DNA of 64,000 nucleotides from Chlorokybus atmophyticus (Eukaryota > Plantae > Mesostigma and Chlorokybus algae): NCBI GenBank assembly GCA_009103225.1, contig RHPI01003156.1, positions 164,537-228,536 of the forward strand, read 5' to 3'. How positions within the stretch are numbered: the stretch's first letter is position 1; every line of letters starts with the position of its first letter. Below the pieces are notes generated by a model. That model was not told the origin of the DNA, made no database searches, and was given only the letters and a program-made list of their open reading frames with translations. Shown in pieces: positions 12,501 to 22,530 of the stretch. The translations under genes were made by a program, and so were the position numbers.

Positions 12501-13590
12501 ACGGAGCTCGTGAGCCATGGGCACATCATGCGCCACTGCCCCAATGGACGTGTCGGGATTCAACAGGCCAACATGCATGTTAAACTCATGCCGCATTGCC
12601 GCCGCGCCCATCAGCAAGTGGGATTGAAAGACTAGTTGATGGGATTGAATCCAGGCTTGCATAGGAGCTCCAACAGGACCTAGTGCACTGTGGTGATGTC
12701 AACCAATCACATGTGGGTTAGCTGCATGCTTGCGACACTGCAATTGCAATAGTCAACTGCGTCACACCGTCATCAGTTGGTTGCTTCGAACAGTCACCTG
12801 CGGCATTGCTGGTTGATGCACGAATGATTGCATGGACTGCGTCATTGCTGGTTGATGCACTATTGGTTGAATGCCGGACGAATGGCCACGCGCTCCTGTG
12901 CTCAAACCCAGCCTACTTCGTTCGGCACGCGCGCGCGACTTCGCACGCTCGCGCACATCCTAACATGCACAGCGAGATTGGCAACAACATACCGCCGCCC
13001 AGCTCTGTCTATCTGCTCTTGCTTCCGCAATGTCGGCTTGACTGTAGGGTGGGTATGGGTGAATAGTGGAGGCCTGCAGCCACGCTACATATATCACATG
13101 AACTGCGCTAAAAAACAAATTGCTCTTGCAAGGAAATGCATGTGACTGTTGAGCGTACCTCTGCATTCCTTTGTGCTTGTTCCCACAGCCGCAATTGGTC
13201 CCGCATGGTTCTGACAAGGGGCTCCAAGGACTGCAGCTCCTGATCCACTCCCTGTTGCAGAAAGCGAGCCACCAAGCAGCTCTCTGTGTGAAGATGGTCT
13301 TTAATGGCTTGCCTGCTGGTTTGTCCAATGTTGGTGATGCATGTTGGACAGCCCCATTGCTGACGCCTGCCATGATCCATGACGTGGCGACCGGTAGTAG
13401 CTGGCTTCGCTGCTTGAACTCTTACGACCACAACTTCTCGCAAGATGTGCCACGCCGCCGCCGCCGCCGCCGCCGCCTCCTCCGACTCCTGGTCCTCCGC
13501 CTCCTAGTCGAACCCAGGCCCATCAAGCCTGACATTCGACCCGTCATCGACCTGGTGCCCCTGCGTGCCATCATCCGGCCATTAATAAAG
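9571..13590 (-). pseudogene. Cargo gene: C2HC zinc finger, OTU-like cysteine protease, Pro/Ser-rich linker and C-terminal RING-like finger
   Basis: First exon WGCPTCITNIGQTSRQAIKDHLHTESC, with donor GAG|GTACGC at 13159. OTU Cys box APTDGNCFYHCV (about 11831-11860) and His box AHFWLL (about 11309-11326) lie in one frame across a single TGA at 11393. ORFs 10081-10371 and 9571-9969 are in one frame and end CVLIC..CDKKAMCHVC..CPFC. Confidence 0.65.
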
Positions 13591-13639
13591 CGTGTTTGGG
13601 TGAGTGCATGCTAACTCCCATTTAGGCTGATCGAGCAAT

Positions 13640-13800
13640 GCCTCTATCGTACCATGGATGGTACGACAGAGCGATTGTACGGCAATCTCTGGGGTTGGAC
13701 GAGAGATGCCTCTGTCGTACCATAAATGTTACGACACAACCATTGTTACCAATGGTTGTACAAAGCATGGATGGCACGAATGCATAAATCGTACCATCAA
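13640..13800. promoter_or_regulatory. Cluster of TCGTACCAT / ATGGTACGA inverted motifs in a divergent intergenic region
   Basis: TCGTACCAT-GG-ATGGTACGA (about 13648), GTCGTACCAT-AA-ATGTTACGAC (about 13715) and TCGTACCAT (about 13790). The same motif occurs at 4863 and 4925 before the transposase. Function is inferred. Confidence 0.4.
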
Positions 13801-13979
13801 CCATAGGAGCAAGGACGCACTACAAGTGCGACTTTAGTGCGCGACTCTAGACGTTCAAAACCGCCTCATCTTCGTTTTCGCGCCTCGTACATTCGGGCGG
13901 GCCAACCGGCGGCGGCAGCGTTGGAGGCGGCAGTGCCACTTACAGCTAAACAGGCGGCACCCGACTATCAGTTGGAGAG

Positions 13980-15799
13980 ATGCCTCGTGGTCCATCCGTA
14001 AGTGCACCTCGTCGTGGAGGTCGGCGCCATTTGTCCACATTGCTCCCAATGTTCAACCAGGCAACCGTCGCCAACCAATCGCAGCAAGACCCCGCACTAA
14101 CGCCCAGCACATCACAACAACTCCACCTGACACCACAGTCGCAAGGGCAAGCTAGACTGCATGCGTTCTTGATGCACTGTGCACGTTGCTTCTTGCTCAA
14201 CTTCTAACTTGGATGCTTGCTTCTATCATGACTAGCACAGTGACTCACTGCATGCGTTCTGGATACACTGTGCACGTTGTTCTTCTTTTGCAACTGTGAG
14301 GGTTGCATCTTTCATGGCTGGCAGCATGACTCATGTGGTTGTGCTTGCAGAGGGTCGATTGGAACCCCCAACCCAAACGCATTTGGCCGTGACGTGGCAA
14401 CCTCGGCTGTCAGCAACCCTTCCCCAAGCAAGTGGAAGATTGGCAACAAGGTAAGCACTGTGTGACACTGTGACACTGTGTGTATGCGTGTAACGGATTG
14501 TTCTTCTGTGGACAGCATTTGCGAGATGCCGTCGTTGAAATCATAAACAGCCACTGGGTAGAGAGCCACGTTTATCCCGAGGAGGACACTATTCGTAACG
14601 TCATGTGTCAGGTGCTGTGAATGCTTCATGACCGCACTGCACCGTGACACTAACCAACCTGCCCGTGACAGGTAGTTGGCTTCGACCATGACGACGAGGC
14701 CGATGGGGCCAAGTTCTATGAGGTGTACTGAACTCCCAAGGAGTGCCCCTTCCACTGGAGTGTCGCCCTGAAGAAAGCTACGCAGGTCCGGTCTGAGAAC
14801 GTCACCAAGATCAAGCATGTCCTTGAGAAGGAGTACAAGTGGACACTGTTTAACACGCAAGTGAGTTGGGTCCCTCACCACAATGTCTGCTATGCAACAC
14901 TGCCTTCTTACTCAGCCTCCATACACACGTACTCATCTCGCCTATTGAAACCGAGTCAATCAGGCACATTGACGCCCTAATGGACCCCGAGACCCAAAGA
15001 GCCCAGATGCGCAACGCGCTCCAAAGTAAGTCACAGGCACTATTCTAGCCTGGTGCAGGCTCAACTTAAACTATCTATTTCGTGACTAATGCCTTGTCGG
15101 TATGACTGTCGCAGACAAGTCATGGCGGAGATTTGAGGTGACCAACACTGCAGACCCGGAGCGGAGGAGATACATCCATAAATGGGGCAATCCCATAATC
15201 TGGCAAATGATCGTGCAATGCTGATCTTACGCCGTCACTACACCTGGTCGCCGGCAGCTGACAGTCAACCACCTCGCATACCTGTTGCTTACGGTGAGCA
15301 CTCTGAACTCCAGCATTAGCAATTCAGGAATGCTGTAGCCCCAAACTACAGGCTTGCAGACGCATTGCAGTGAATAGTGGCTTTCGATGCCACTAAGACA
15401 TGCCTGTAAACTACGTAGGTGGAGCGCATCCTAAAGGGCAAGGATGGAGACCCTCTCCTAGCTGCCAGCATAGACATACATGAAGAGTACCTCCGCGAAA
15501 TCAACACCATGATCATGTCAATGAAGCGGGAGATGAGGCAACGGTACGCAGCCCTCCAGCCATTCACCCTTGTGAAACGCCGCACTGCATCTTGTGTCGA
15601 ATACCTGAAAGATCCCAATCGGCGCCGGCCGCAAGAGACAGCAGCTCGTGACCCGCTCGCTGAGGCAGAAACGGCATTTGATTGGCTAGCACAACCGTTT
15701 GAGGAGGAAGAGCAAGCTCCGGCGTCTCCTCCACAGGCCCCAGCGCGTGGTGCTTTGTTTTGTAATGACGAGCAAAGCGATGATGGAGAGGAGCTGTAG
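13980..15799 (+). pseudogene. Multi-exon unknown cargo gene of the Plavaka element
   Basis: Coding-like segments separated by GTAAG/GTGAG...CAG introns, e.g. HLRDAVVEIINSHWVESHVYPEEDTIRNVMCQ, KSWRRFEVTNTADPERRRYIHKWG and terminal ORF 15419-15799. Contains internal stops. No family recognised. Confidence 0.45.
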
Positions 15800-16148
15800 C
15801 GCAGTTGTTAGTCCGTTTAGCTGGTAGTGTATATAGCTACAAGGCTCTTGTGACTGAGTGTTGTGCATCTTAAACCGACTCAGTTAATCGTCATTATGCT
15901 CATGCACATCAATACTTGCATCCCTATGATATACAACAGAACTGCATTCGAATCACATAATCGAATTACAAGCCTTGGCAAGTGATTAAGAGACACCGTA
16001 CACATTTCAGGTACATGTACACAGCACAGGCACATAACAATGCTGGAAGTCAGTGGCAGTCGCGTGTAGTCAAGCTATGCAAATACATATGACGACAGTT
16101 AAGCATTGGTCACCTTCAGTTGTTAAAGAATGCCTTATTTTGTCGATA

Positions 16149-16305
16149 ATTACCTAATTGGTGCTTGTGAATTAGGCTTAGTCGCCTGCGCTGGACTGGT
16201 GTGTAACCTGCAGGTGCCTGTCACATAGGCTGAGTCACCTAAGTAAGACTGATGTGTAACTTACAGGTGCCCGTTGATTAGTTGTAGTCACCTAATAAGC
16301 CCTGA
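16149..16305. repeat. 53-bp degenerate tandem array, left part (interrupted by the Gypsy insertion)
   Basis: Units start with TGTAAC at 16202 and 16255, with consensus TGTAAC-N4-AGGTGCCTGT...AGTCACCT...CCTGATG. Confidence 0.75.
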
Positions 16306-16977
16306 TGTAACAGTCAAGGCCAAATTCTGTGATTTTCATGGCCGTTTTAGGCCTTATTTGTAAGGTACATGTTGTTAATGACTTGTGGCGGATATCGGCG
16401 AGTTATGAGTCTGCCGCGGATATCGACCGGGGCCCAAAGACCAGTCCGGAAGGTGCCAGAAAACGGAGGGCCAGTCGAGAAGGGCTCGACCAGATTTCTG
16501 GAAGGGCCTGGCGCCAAGTAGTATAACTTGACCATATGAGCAGCAAATTAGGAGATCTTTGGTGCGTTGGAAAGGTCTAGAAGTGTACTACAAGATTCTG
16601 CAAGAATATCTTAGCTTCTAGTTCCGTCTAGCGCTAGAATCGTCTAGACAGTAGCATGTGCAGACTGGTAGGTATAAAAGTGACATTCTACAACTTGCAA
16701 TACAACCTTTAGCTCCCTAGTTTCTTGTGTGCAAGCTTGGTGGTGGTTAGCAGGGGTTGCTAGCGTGTGTCCACCGGTGTGTGCTTGCTTGTGTGACGAT
16801 CCAAGGCGCTACACAAGTCGGTGTGTAGCTTCGAGCGCATGCGCGTGCGTACGCGAGTGGCGGGGCGCGCGTGTGTGCTTGGCAGAGGGGGCAAGGTTCC
16901 GGTGTGAATACCGTGTCTTGGTGAGAGGGTTGTGGATTGGACCAACTCACAGGTGACAAGGCACGAGCACCGTCACA
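16306..16977 (+). repeat. 5' LTR (672 bp)
   Basis: Direct repeat of 21683-22354 with four substitutions seen by eye. TATA-like GTATAAAAG at about 16672. Confidence 0.97.
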
Positions 16978-17020
16978 ACTGGTATCGGAGCACGGTTTAC
17001 GAAGGTGAGAGAGGAAGTGT

Positions 17021-18100
17021 GTGGGCGTTTACACTTTTCATTCGGAAGCGGAGTGTAGTGTGTTAGTAGAGATGGAGGATGCTCGCATGGAAGAGCTTCA
17101 AGCTGCCATCTTGGCACTGAGGGAAGAGCTTCATCACACTCAAGCGGCGGCACAAGCACAACGCGAGGCGTATGAGCATGCGATGGCGCGTGTACAAATT
17201 CCCATGGCATCAAGCTCGCGCGTGCATGTGAAGGTGCCAAAGCCCAAGCCATTCAAGGGTCAACGTGATGGAGATGCAGTGGATGAATGGATTTTTCAAG
17301 TATCGTCTTGGTTGAAGCTCACGGAGGTGCCCACGCATCTGCACGTGGAGGTTGCAGCGACATTGCTTGAAGGTGCAGCACTTGTGTGGTGGAGGCATCG
17401 ATGTACGCGAGTTGCAAACGGGTTGGCGCTACCATTGACCACCATGGAAGAGTTGGCACTGGAGGTCAGGCATCAATTTGTTCCCGTTGAGAGCGTGAAG
17501 GCCGCACGCGACAAACTTGCAGCCCTTGTGCAAATGGGGTCGGTGATGGCGTACACGGCCGCGTTTCAGCGATTGGTGATGTCCATACCCAATATGACCG
17601 AGGAGGAGCAGTTGGACAGGTATACACGTGGTTTAAAACCTTTGGGGCGTAAAGAAGTGGAGCTACGGGACCCGAAGACACTCGCGGAGGCTATACGCAT
17701 CGCGGAGCGTCTCGACGCGTTGTACTTCAAGTCCACCACAAGAAACACTGACTGGAGGCAAAGGCATGGTGATCAGCCCCGGGGAGGCTTTCAACATGCA
17801 TGGAGACGAGGAGAACCAAGTTCAGCACTTGCCAATGGAGGTGGAGCTGACTCTGGGCCTGCACCAATGGAGGTGGGTGCCATACACACGCATGGAAGTG
17901 AGGCGAAGCACGGCGGACGTGGTGAAAGAGGTAAAGGTGTGCGCAAGTGTTATGCGTGTGGGTCGACGGAGCATTTGGCGTACGGATGCCCCAAACGAAG
18001 CACGCAAAGGCCAACACCGGATGGCAACCCTCGCCGTGATCGTCGCGTCAACACCATGGAGCAAAATGGCGTGGAGCAGGAAAACGACTTCCCCCAGTAG
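17021..18100 (+). CDS. gag: Gag with retrotransposon gag domain and CCHC zinc knuckle
   Basis: Uninterrupted 359-codon frame with PKPFKG..VDEW, LLEGAALVWW and CYACGSTEHLAYGC. The first ATG is at about 17072. Confidence 0.92.
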   Translation: MGVYTFHSEAECSVLVEMEDARMEELQAAILALREELHHTQAAAQAQREAYEHAMARVQIPMASSSRVHVKVPKPKPFKGQRDGDAVDEWIFQVSSWLKLTEVPTHLHVEVAATLLEGAALVWWRHRCTRVANGLALPLTTMEELALEVRHQFVPVESVKAARDKLAALVQMGSVMAYTAAFQRLVMSIPNMTEEEQLDRYTRGLKPLGRKEVELRDPKTLAEAIRIAERLDALYFKSTTRNTDWRQRHGDQPRGGFQHAWRRGEPSSALANGGGADSGPAPMEVGAIHTHGSEAKHGGRGERGKGVRKCYACGSTEHLAYGCPKRSTQRPTPDGNPRRDRRVNTMEQNGVEQENDFPQ

Positions 18101-21100
18101 GTGAGGAGGCTACTGCTGGGGATAGGAAGGAGCCTCATGCACGGACGGATGCTGTGACATTTCCATTAAAGAAGCAAGAAGAGATGGCTTTGAACGCGCC
18201 AATGGTGGTGAGTTATGCAAACGAGGAGACAACAAAGTACTTCGGGCTTCGAGCACACATTTGCGATGACCAAGGACGATGGAGAGAGTGTAAGCTCATG
18301 ATTGATAGCGGTGCCAACAGCAACTTTATGAGTATTGATATTGCGCGGCGTTACGGTTGGCTTTCGTCATTACGAGGAGGTGAAGTGAAGCTCGCTGATG
18401 GAGAGCCACCCTCTGGAGGTGATGGCGCTGCGTTTATGACCAAAGAGTTGTGCGTTCGCATTGGGAAGATGAAGGAGAGCATGCGGTTTTGCTGCATCAC
18501 CCTACGGAACGGGTTTGATGGGATTTTGGGACTACCGTGGCTATGGCAACATAATCCAGCCATCAATTGGAGGAAGCGCGTGCTCACCATCGAGCGAAAC
18601 GGTGGAGAGTCCATTCAAGCTGCATCGGACGTCATCGAGGCGCGGCACGCACAATTAGGTGGTACGACAATTGCCCAGATCTCTTATGTGCAATTGAGGA
18701 AGTTATTGTCTCCACGGAAGGCAAAGGCTGCATGGTTGTGCGTGGTGCGCGAAAACACTGCAAAGTCAGCACCAGAGCTGAATGACGATGTTCAGACGGC
18801 TACGATGGACCCCGAGGTGTGTAAACTTGTTAAAGAATACCAAGATATCATGGTGGACGGACTTCCATCTGGTCTACCACCTCCACGGAGCGTAGACCAC
18901 CGTGTGGAGCTGATTGAGGGCGTGCACAAGCCACCGTATCGACCCGTATACAAGTTGTCACCTTTGGAACTGGAAGAGGCCGAGAGGCAGGTGGCGGACT
19001 TGCTGAAAAGAGGCTACATCAGGCCTAGTAAGTCCCCCTATGGTGCACCTATTTTGTTTGTACGAAAGAAGAACGGGAGCTTGCGCATGTGCGTCGACTA
19101 CCGAGCTCTCAACAACATCACGAAGAGGAATTGCTTTCCACTCCCACGTATCGACGAGTTGCTGGAGCAATTGCAAGGTGCGCAGTACTTCACAACACTT
19201 GATCTTGCTGGAGGTTATCACCAAATTCGCATCGCGCCCGAGGATGTGGAGAAAACAGCTTTTAACACACGTTATGGGCACTACGAGTGGTTGGTCATGT
19301 CCTTCGGACTTACGAACGCACCGGCAACATTTCAAACGCTTATGAACAGCGTTTTTGCTGACTTGATTGGTAAGGGAGTCCTCGTGTACCTCGACGACAT
19401 TTTGGTGTACGCGACAACAAAGGAGGAGCACGTGGCACTTCTACGGCGCGTGTTGCAGCGTTTGCGCGAACACAAGTTGTACGCCCAGCTACAGAAGTGC
19501 AAATTCTTGCTTCGAGAGGTGGAGTACCTAGGCCACATTGTGTCGCATGAAGGCATCAAGCCGGACCCCAACAAAGTGCAGGTGGTGCGCGAGTGGGCTG
19601 CCCCGACCAATGTAAAGGAGGTGATGTCCTTTTTAGGCCTTGCGGGGTATTATCGCAAGTTTATCATGGGGTTTTCGCGCATAGCTGCTCCCTTGACTAC
19701 CCTACTCAAGAAGGGAAAGCATTGGAGCTGGTCAGCAACAGAGGAACATGCATTTGCTGCGTTGAAGAAGGCGCTGACGGAGGCACCAGTCCTGGCTCAC
19801 CCCAACATGGAAAAGACATTTATTTTGGCTTGCGACGCGTCCGACACAGCCGTAGGAGCTGTTTTGCAGCAAGACCATGGCAACGGCCTTCAACCAGTAG
19901 CATTCTTCAGCAAGAAGATGAGTGGTGCGGAGCTGAATTACCCCGTGCACGAGAAGGAACTTTTAGCGCAAGTCATGGCGCTACGACAATGGCGTTGTTT
20001 TCTGGAAGGCAAAAAGTTCGTGCTTGAGACGGATCACTCTCCACTGAGGTACTTACAAACACAACCTCATCTGAGTCGCAGACAAGCTCGATGGCTTGAG
20101 TTCTTTCAACTTTTTGACTTCGGTATCAAGTACAAGCCCGGTACGTCAAATGGTGTTGCTGACGCGCTGAGTCGGCTTAATGCAATTGAGGCACTCGCTC
20201 GAGTGCAGCCCGAGTGGACCGACCAAATTCGGCAAGTGCTTCATGAAGACACGGAGGGTATGAAAGTGTTGCAAGAGCTGGAAAATACAGCTACGGACAC
20301 AAGTGGGCACTGGTCAATGCGCGACGGGCTGCTGTGGCACCATGGGCGCTTGTACATCCCCAACGTCGCGCATATCCGTGTGAAGTTGCTGAAGGAAGCT
20401 CATGACGTGCCCATTGCTGGTCACCAAGGGTTGGAAAGGACTTTGGCAAGCTTAAAACAGCGTTTTTACTGGCGAGAGATGCATCGCGATGTGCGCGACT
20501 ACGTGGCGTTGTGCGACGCATGCCAAAGGGTGAAGGCAAGCAACCAAAAGCCAGGTGGGTTGCTGCAACCTCTCCCTGTGCCATTGTCCAAGTGGGAGCA
20601 AGTTACCATGGACTTTATCACGGGGCTACCAAAGACAAAAGAAGGGTACGACGCTATACTTGTGTTCGTCGATAAAACCAGCAAAATGGTACGCTTGGCA
20701 CCGTGTAGTGAGTCTTGCACGGCACCGGAGGCAGCACGCTTGTTCGTGAAGCATGTATTTCGTTCTCATGGATTACCACGAAGCATTGTGAGTGATCGCG
20801 ACCCGCGCTTTACAAGTAAGTTTTGGGAGGCGCTGCATAGTGCACTGGGTACCACACTGAAGTTTAGCACGGCATTCCACCCGCAAACTGATGGGCAAAC
20901 GGAGCGGGCCAACCGTGTGATCGAGGACATGCTGCGTTGCTACGTTAACGCGCGACAAGACAATTGGGAGGAGCTGCTTGAGTTGGTTGAGTTTGCGATC
21001 AACAACCACCACAATGCAAGCACAGGTGTCACTCCCTTCCTTATGAACTACGGGCAACATCCATTGACACCGTTGACGGCATGGACACCGCGACGACATG

Positions 21101-21546
21101 ACGTGCGTGTGGAGGCAGCTAATGACTTCCTTACAAAGTGCGCGGACATTAACAAGGCAGCTAGGGATGCGTTATTGGTGGCACAAAATCGGCAGAAGCA
21201 GTACGCGGACGCGCATCGCCGACACCTCACGTTTCAGGAAGGCGACATTGTGTTACTCTCCGCGAAGCACGTCCAGGTGCGTACGGGAGTTCGCAAGCTG
21301 AATGAACGCTGGTTGGGACCATTTAAGGTCAGCAAAGTTATCTCGGACGTGGCGTACAAGTTGGAGCTACCCGACACCATGCGTGTGCACCCCGTTTTTC
21401 ACGTCTCCCTTCTGAAAGCATATCGAGGACAACCGCCAGAAAGGCCACCCCCCGAAGTTGGCACGGACGGTGAACCCGAGTGGGAGGTAGAAGACATCCT
21501 TGGTGAGAAGTTTGTGCATGGCGTACGCAAGTTCTTAGTGAAATAG
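18079..21546 (+). CDS. pol: Pol: aspartic protease, RT, RNase H, integrase and chromodomain truncated by TAG; in the -1 frame relative to gag
   Basis: IDSGA protease, RT LRMCVDYR and VYLDDIL, RNase H CDAS, integrase HxxxxxxH..CDAC and DRDPRF..GQTERAN, GPF motif, and chromodomain WEVEDIL..FLVK*KGY. The frame is open from GGAAAAC at 18079. Confidence 0.95.
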   Translation, partial: GKRLPPVGEEATAGDRKEPHARTDAVTFPLKKQEEMALNAPMVVSYANEETTKYFGLRAHICDDQGRWRECKLMIDSGANSNFMSIDIARRYGWLSSLRGGEVKLADGEPPSGGDGAAFMTKELCVRIGKMKESMRFCCITLRNGFDGILGLPWLWQHNPAINWRKRVLTIERNGGESIQAASDVIEARHAQLGGTTIAQISYVQLRKLLSPRKAKAAWLCVVRENTAKSAPELNDDVQTATMDPEVCKLVKEYQDIMVDGLPSGLPPPRSVDHRVELIEGVHKPPYRPVYKLSPLELEEAERQVADLLKRGYIRPSKSPYGAPILFVRKKNGSLRMCVDYRALNNITKRNCFPLPRIDELLEQLQGAQYFTTLDLAGGYHQIRIAPEDVEKTAFNTRYGHYEWLVMSFGLTNAPATFQTLMNSVFADLIGKGVLVYLDDILVYATTKEEHVALLRRVLQRLREHKLYAQLQKCKFLLREVEYLGHIVSHEGIKPDPNKVQVVREWAAPTNVKEVMSFLGLAGYYRKFIMGFSRIAAPLTTLLKKGKHWSWSATEEHAFAALKKALTEAPVLAHPNMEKTFILACDASDTAVGAVLQQDHGNGLQPVAFFSKKMSGAELNYPVHEKELLAQVMALRQWRCFLEGKKFVLETDHSPLRYLQTQPHLSRRQARWLEFFQLFDFGIKYKPGTSNGVADALSRLNAIEALARVQPEWTDQIRQVLHEDTEGMKVLQELENTATDTSGHWSMRDGLLWHHGRLYIPNVAHIRVKLLKEAHDVPIAGHQGLERTLASLKQRFYWREMHRDVRDYVALCDACQRVKASNQKPGGLLQPLPVPLSKWEQVTMDFITGLPKTKEGYDAILVFVDKTSKMVRLAPCSESCTAPEAARLFVKHVFRSHGLPRSIVSDRDPRFTSKFWEALHSALGTTLKFSTAFHPQTDGQTERANRVIEDMLRCYVNARQDNWEELLELVEFAINNHHNASTGVTPFLMNYGQHPLTPLTAWTPRRHDVRVEAANDFLTKCADINKAARDALLVAQNRQKQYADAHRRHLTFQEGDIVLLSAKHVQVRTGVRKLNERWLGPFKVSKVISDVAYKLELPDTMRVHPVFHVSLLKAYRGQPPERPPPEVGTDGEPEWEVEDILGEKFVHGVRKFLVK

Positions 21547-21682
21547 AAGGGCTATCCGTTGCATGAAGCATCCTGGGAGCCAGAGGCACACTTGACTAAT
21601 GCTCGAGACGTTGTGCGTGCCTATCTTGCTCGACGACAACCTCGCGAGCTTCGAGGACGAAGCTCACCTGGGGGGGGAGGAG

Positions 21683-22354
21683 TGTAACAGTCAAGGCCAA
21701 ATTCTGTGATTTTCATGGCCGTTTTAGGCCTTATTTGTAAGGTACATGTTTTTAATGACTTGTGGCGGATATCGGCGAGTTATGAGTCTGCCGCGGATAT
21801 CGACCGGGGCCCCAAGACCAGTCCGGAAGGTGCCAGAAAACGGAGGGCCAGTCGAGAAGGGCTCGACCAGATTTCTGGAAGGGCCTGGCGCCAAGTAGTA
21901 TAACTTGACCATATGAGCAGCAAATTAGGAGATCTTTGGTGCGTTGGAAAGGTCTAGAAGTGTACTACAAGATTCTGCAAGAATATCTTAGCTTCTAGTT
22001 CCGTCTAGCGCTAGAATCGTCTAGACAGTAGCATGTGCAGACTGGTAGGTATAAAAGTGCCATTCTACAACTTGCAATACAACCTTTAGCTCCCTAGTTT
22101 CTTGTGTGCAAGCTTGGTGGTGGCTAGCAGGGGTTGCTAGCGTGTGTCCACCGGTGTGTGCTTGCTTGTGTGACGATCCAAGGCGCTACACAAGTCGGTG
22201 TGTAGCTTCGAGCGCATGCGCGTGCGTACGCGAGTGGCGGGGCGCGCGTGTGTGCTTGGCAGAGGGGGCAAGGTTCCGGTGTGAATACCGTGTCTTGGTG
22301 AGAGGGTTGTGGATTGGACCAACTCACAGGTGACAAGGCACGAGCACCGTCACA
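21683..22354 (+). repeat. 3' LTR (672 bp)
   Basis: Preceded by PPT GGGGGGGGAGGAG and followed by the TSD CCTGA. Confidence 0.97.
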
Positions 22355-22530
22355 CCTGATGTGTAACTAACAGTGGCCTGTAAATTACACAAAGTCATTT
22401 GTTAAGGCCTGGTGTGTGACTAACAAGTGCCTGTTAATTATATAAAGTCACCTGTTAAGGCCTAATAGGTAACTAACAGGCGCCTGTTAGTTAGGCATAG
22501 TCAACTGTTAAAGACAAAATTGTAACAAAA
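22355..22530. repeat. 53-bp degenerate tandem array, right part
   Basis: Units at 22362, 22415 and 22468 continue the register of the 16202/16255 units once the LTR element and one TSD copy are removed. Confidence 0.75.

Larger units (their letters stand above)
16306..22354 (+). mobile_element. Full-length Ty3/Gypsy chromovirus LTR retrotransposon
   Basis: LTRs 16306-16977 and 21683-22354 (TG...CA). TSD CCTGA at 16301-16305 and 22355-22359. PBS TGGTATCGGAGC at 16980-16991, PPT at 21670-21682, with gag and pol between. Confidence 0.97.

Noticed and set aside
13318-13362. Plus-strand GLSNVGDACWTAPLL resembling a USP (C19) Cys box
   Set aside because: The opposite strand encodes a better-formed C2HC zinc finger in an exon with a proper donor, and no USP His box follows. 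Treated as antisense coincidence.
2874-16305. Endogenous giant virus as the source of the methylase/OTU/RING cluster
   Set aside because: No capsid, packaging ATPase, PolB or other viral core gene seen, and the genes are spliced and tied to a transposase. A viral origin of the methylase itself remains possible.
16329-16959. Small ORFs repeated in both LTRs (65-75 aa)
   Set aside because: Recurrence only reflects LTR identity; no coding signal.
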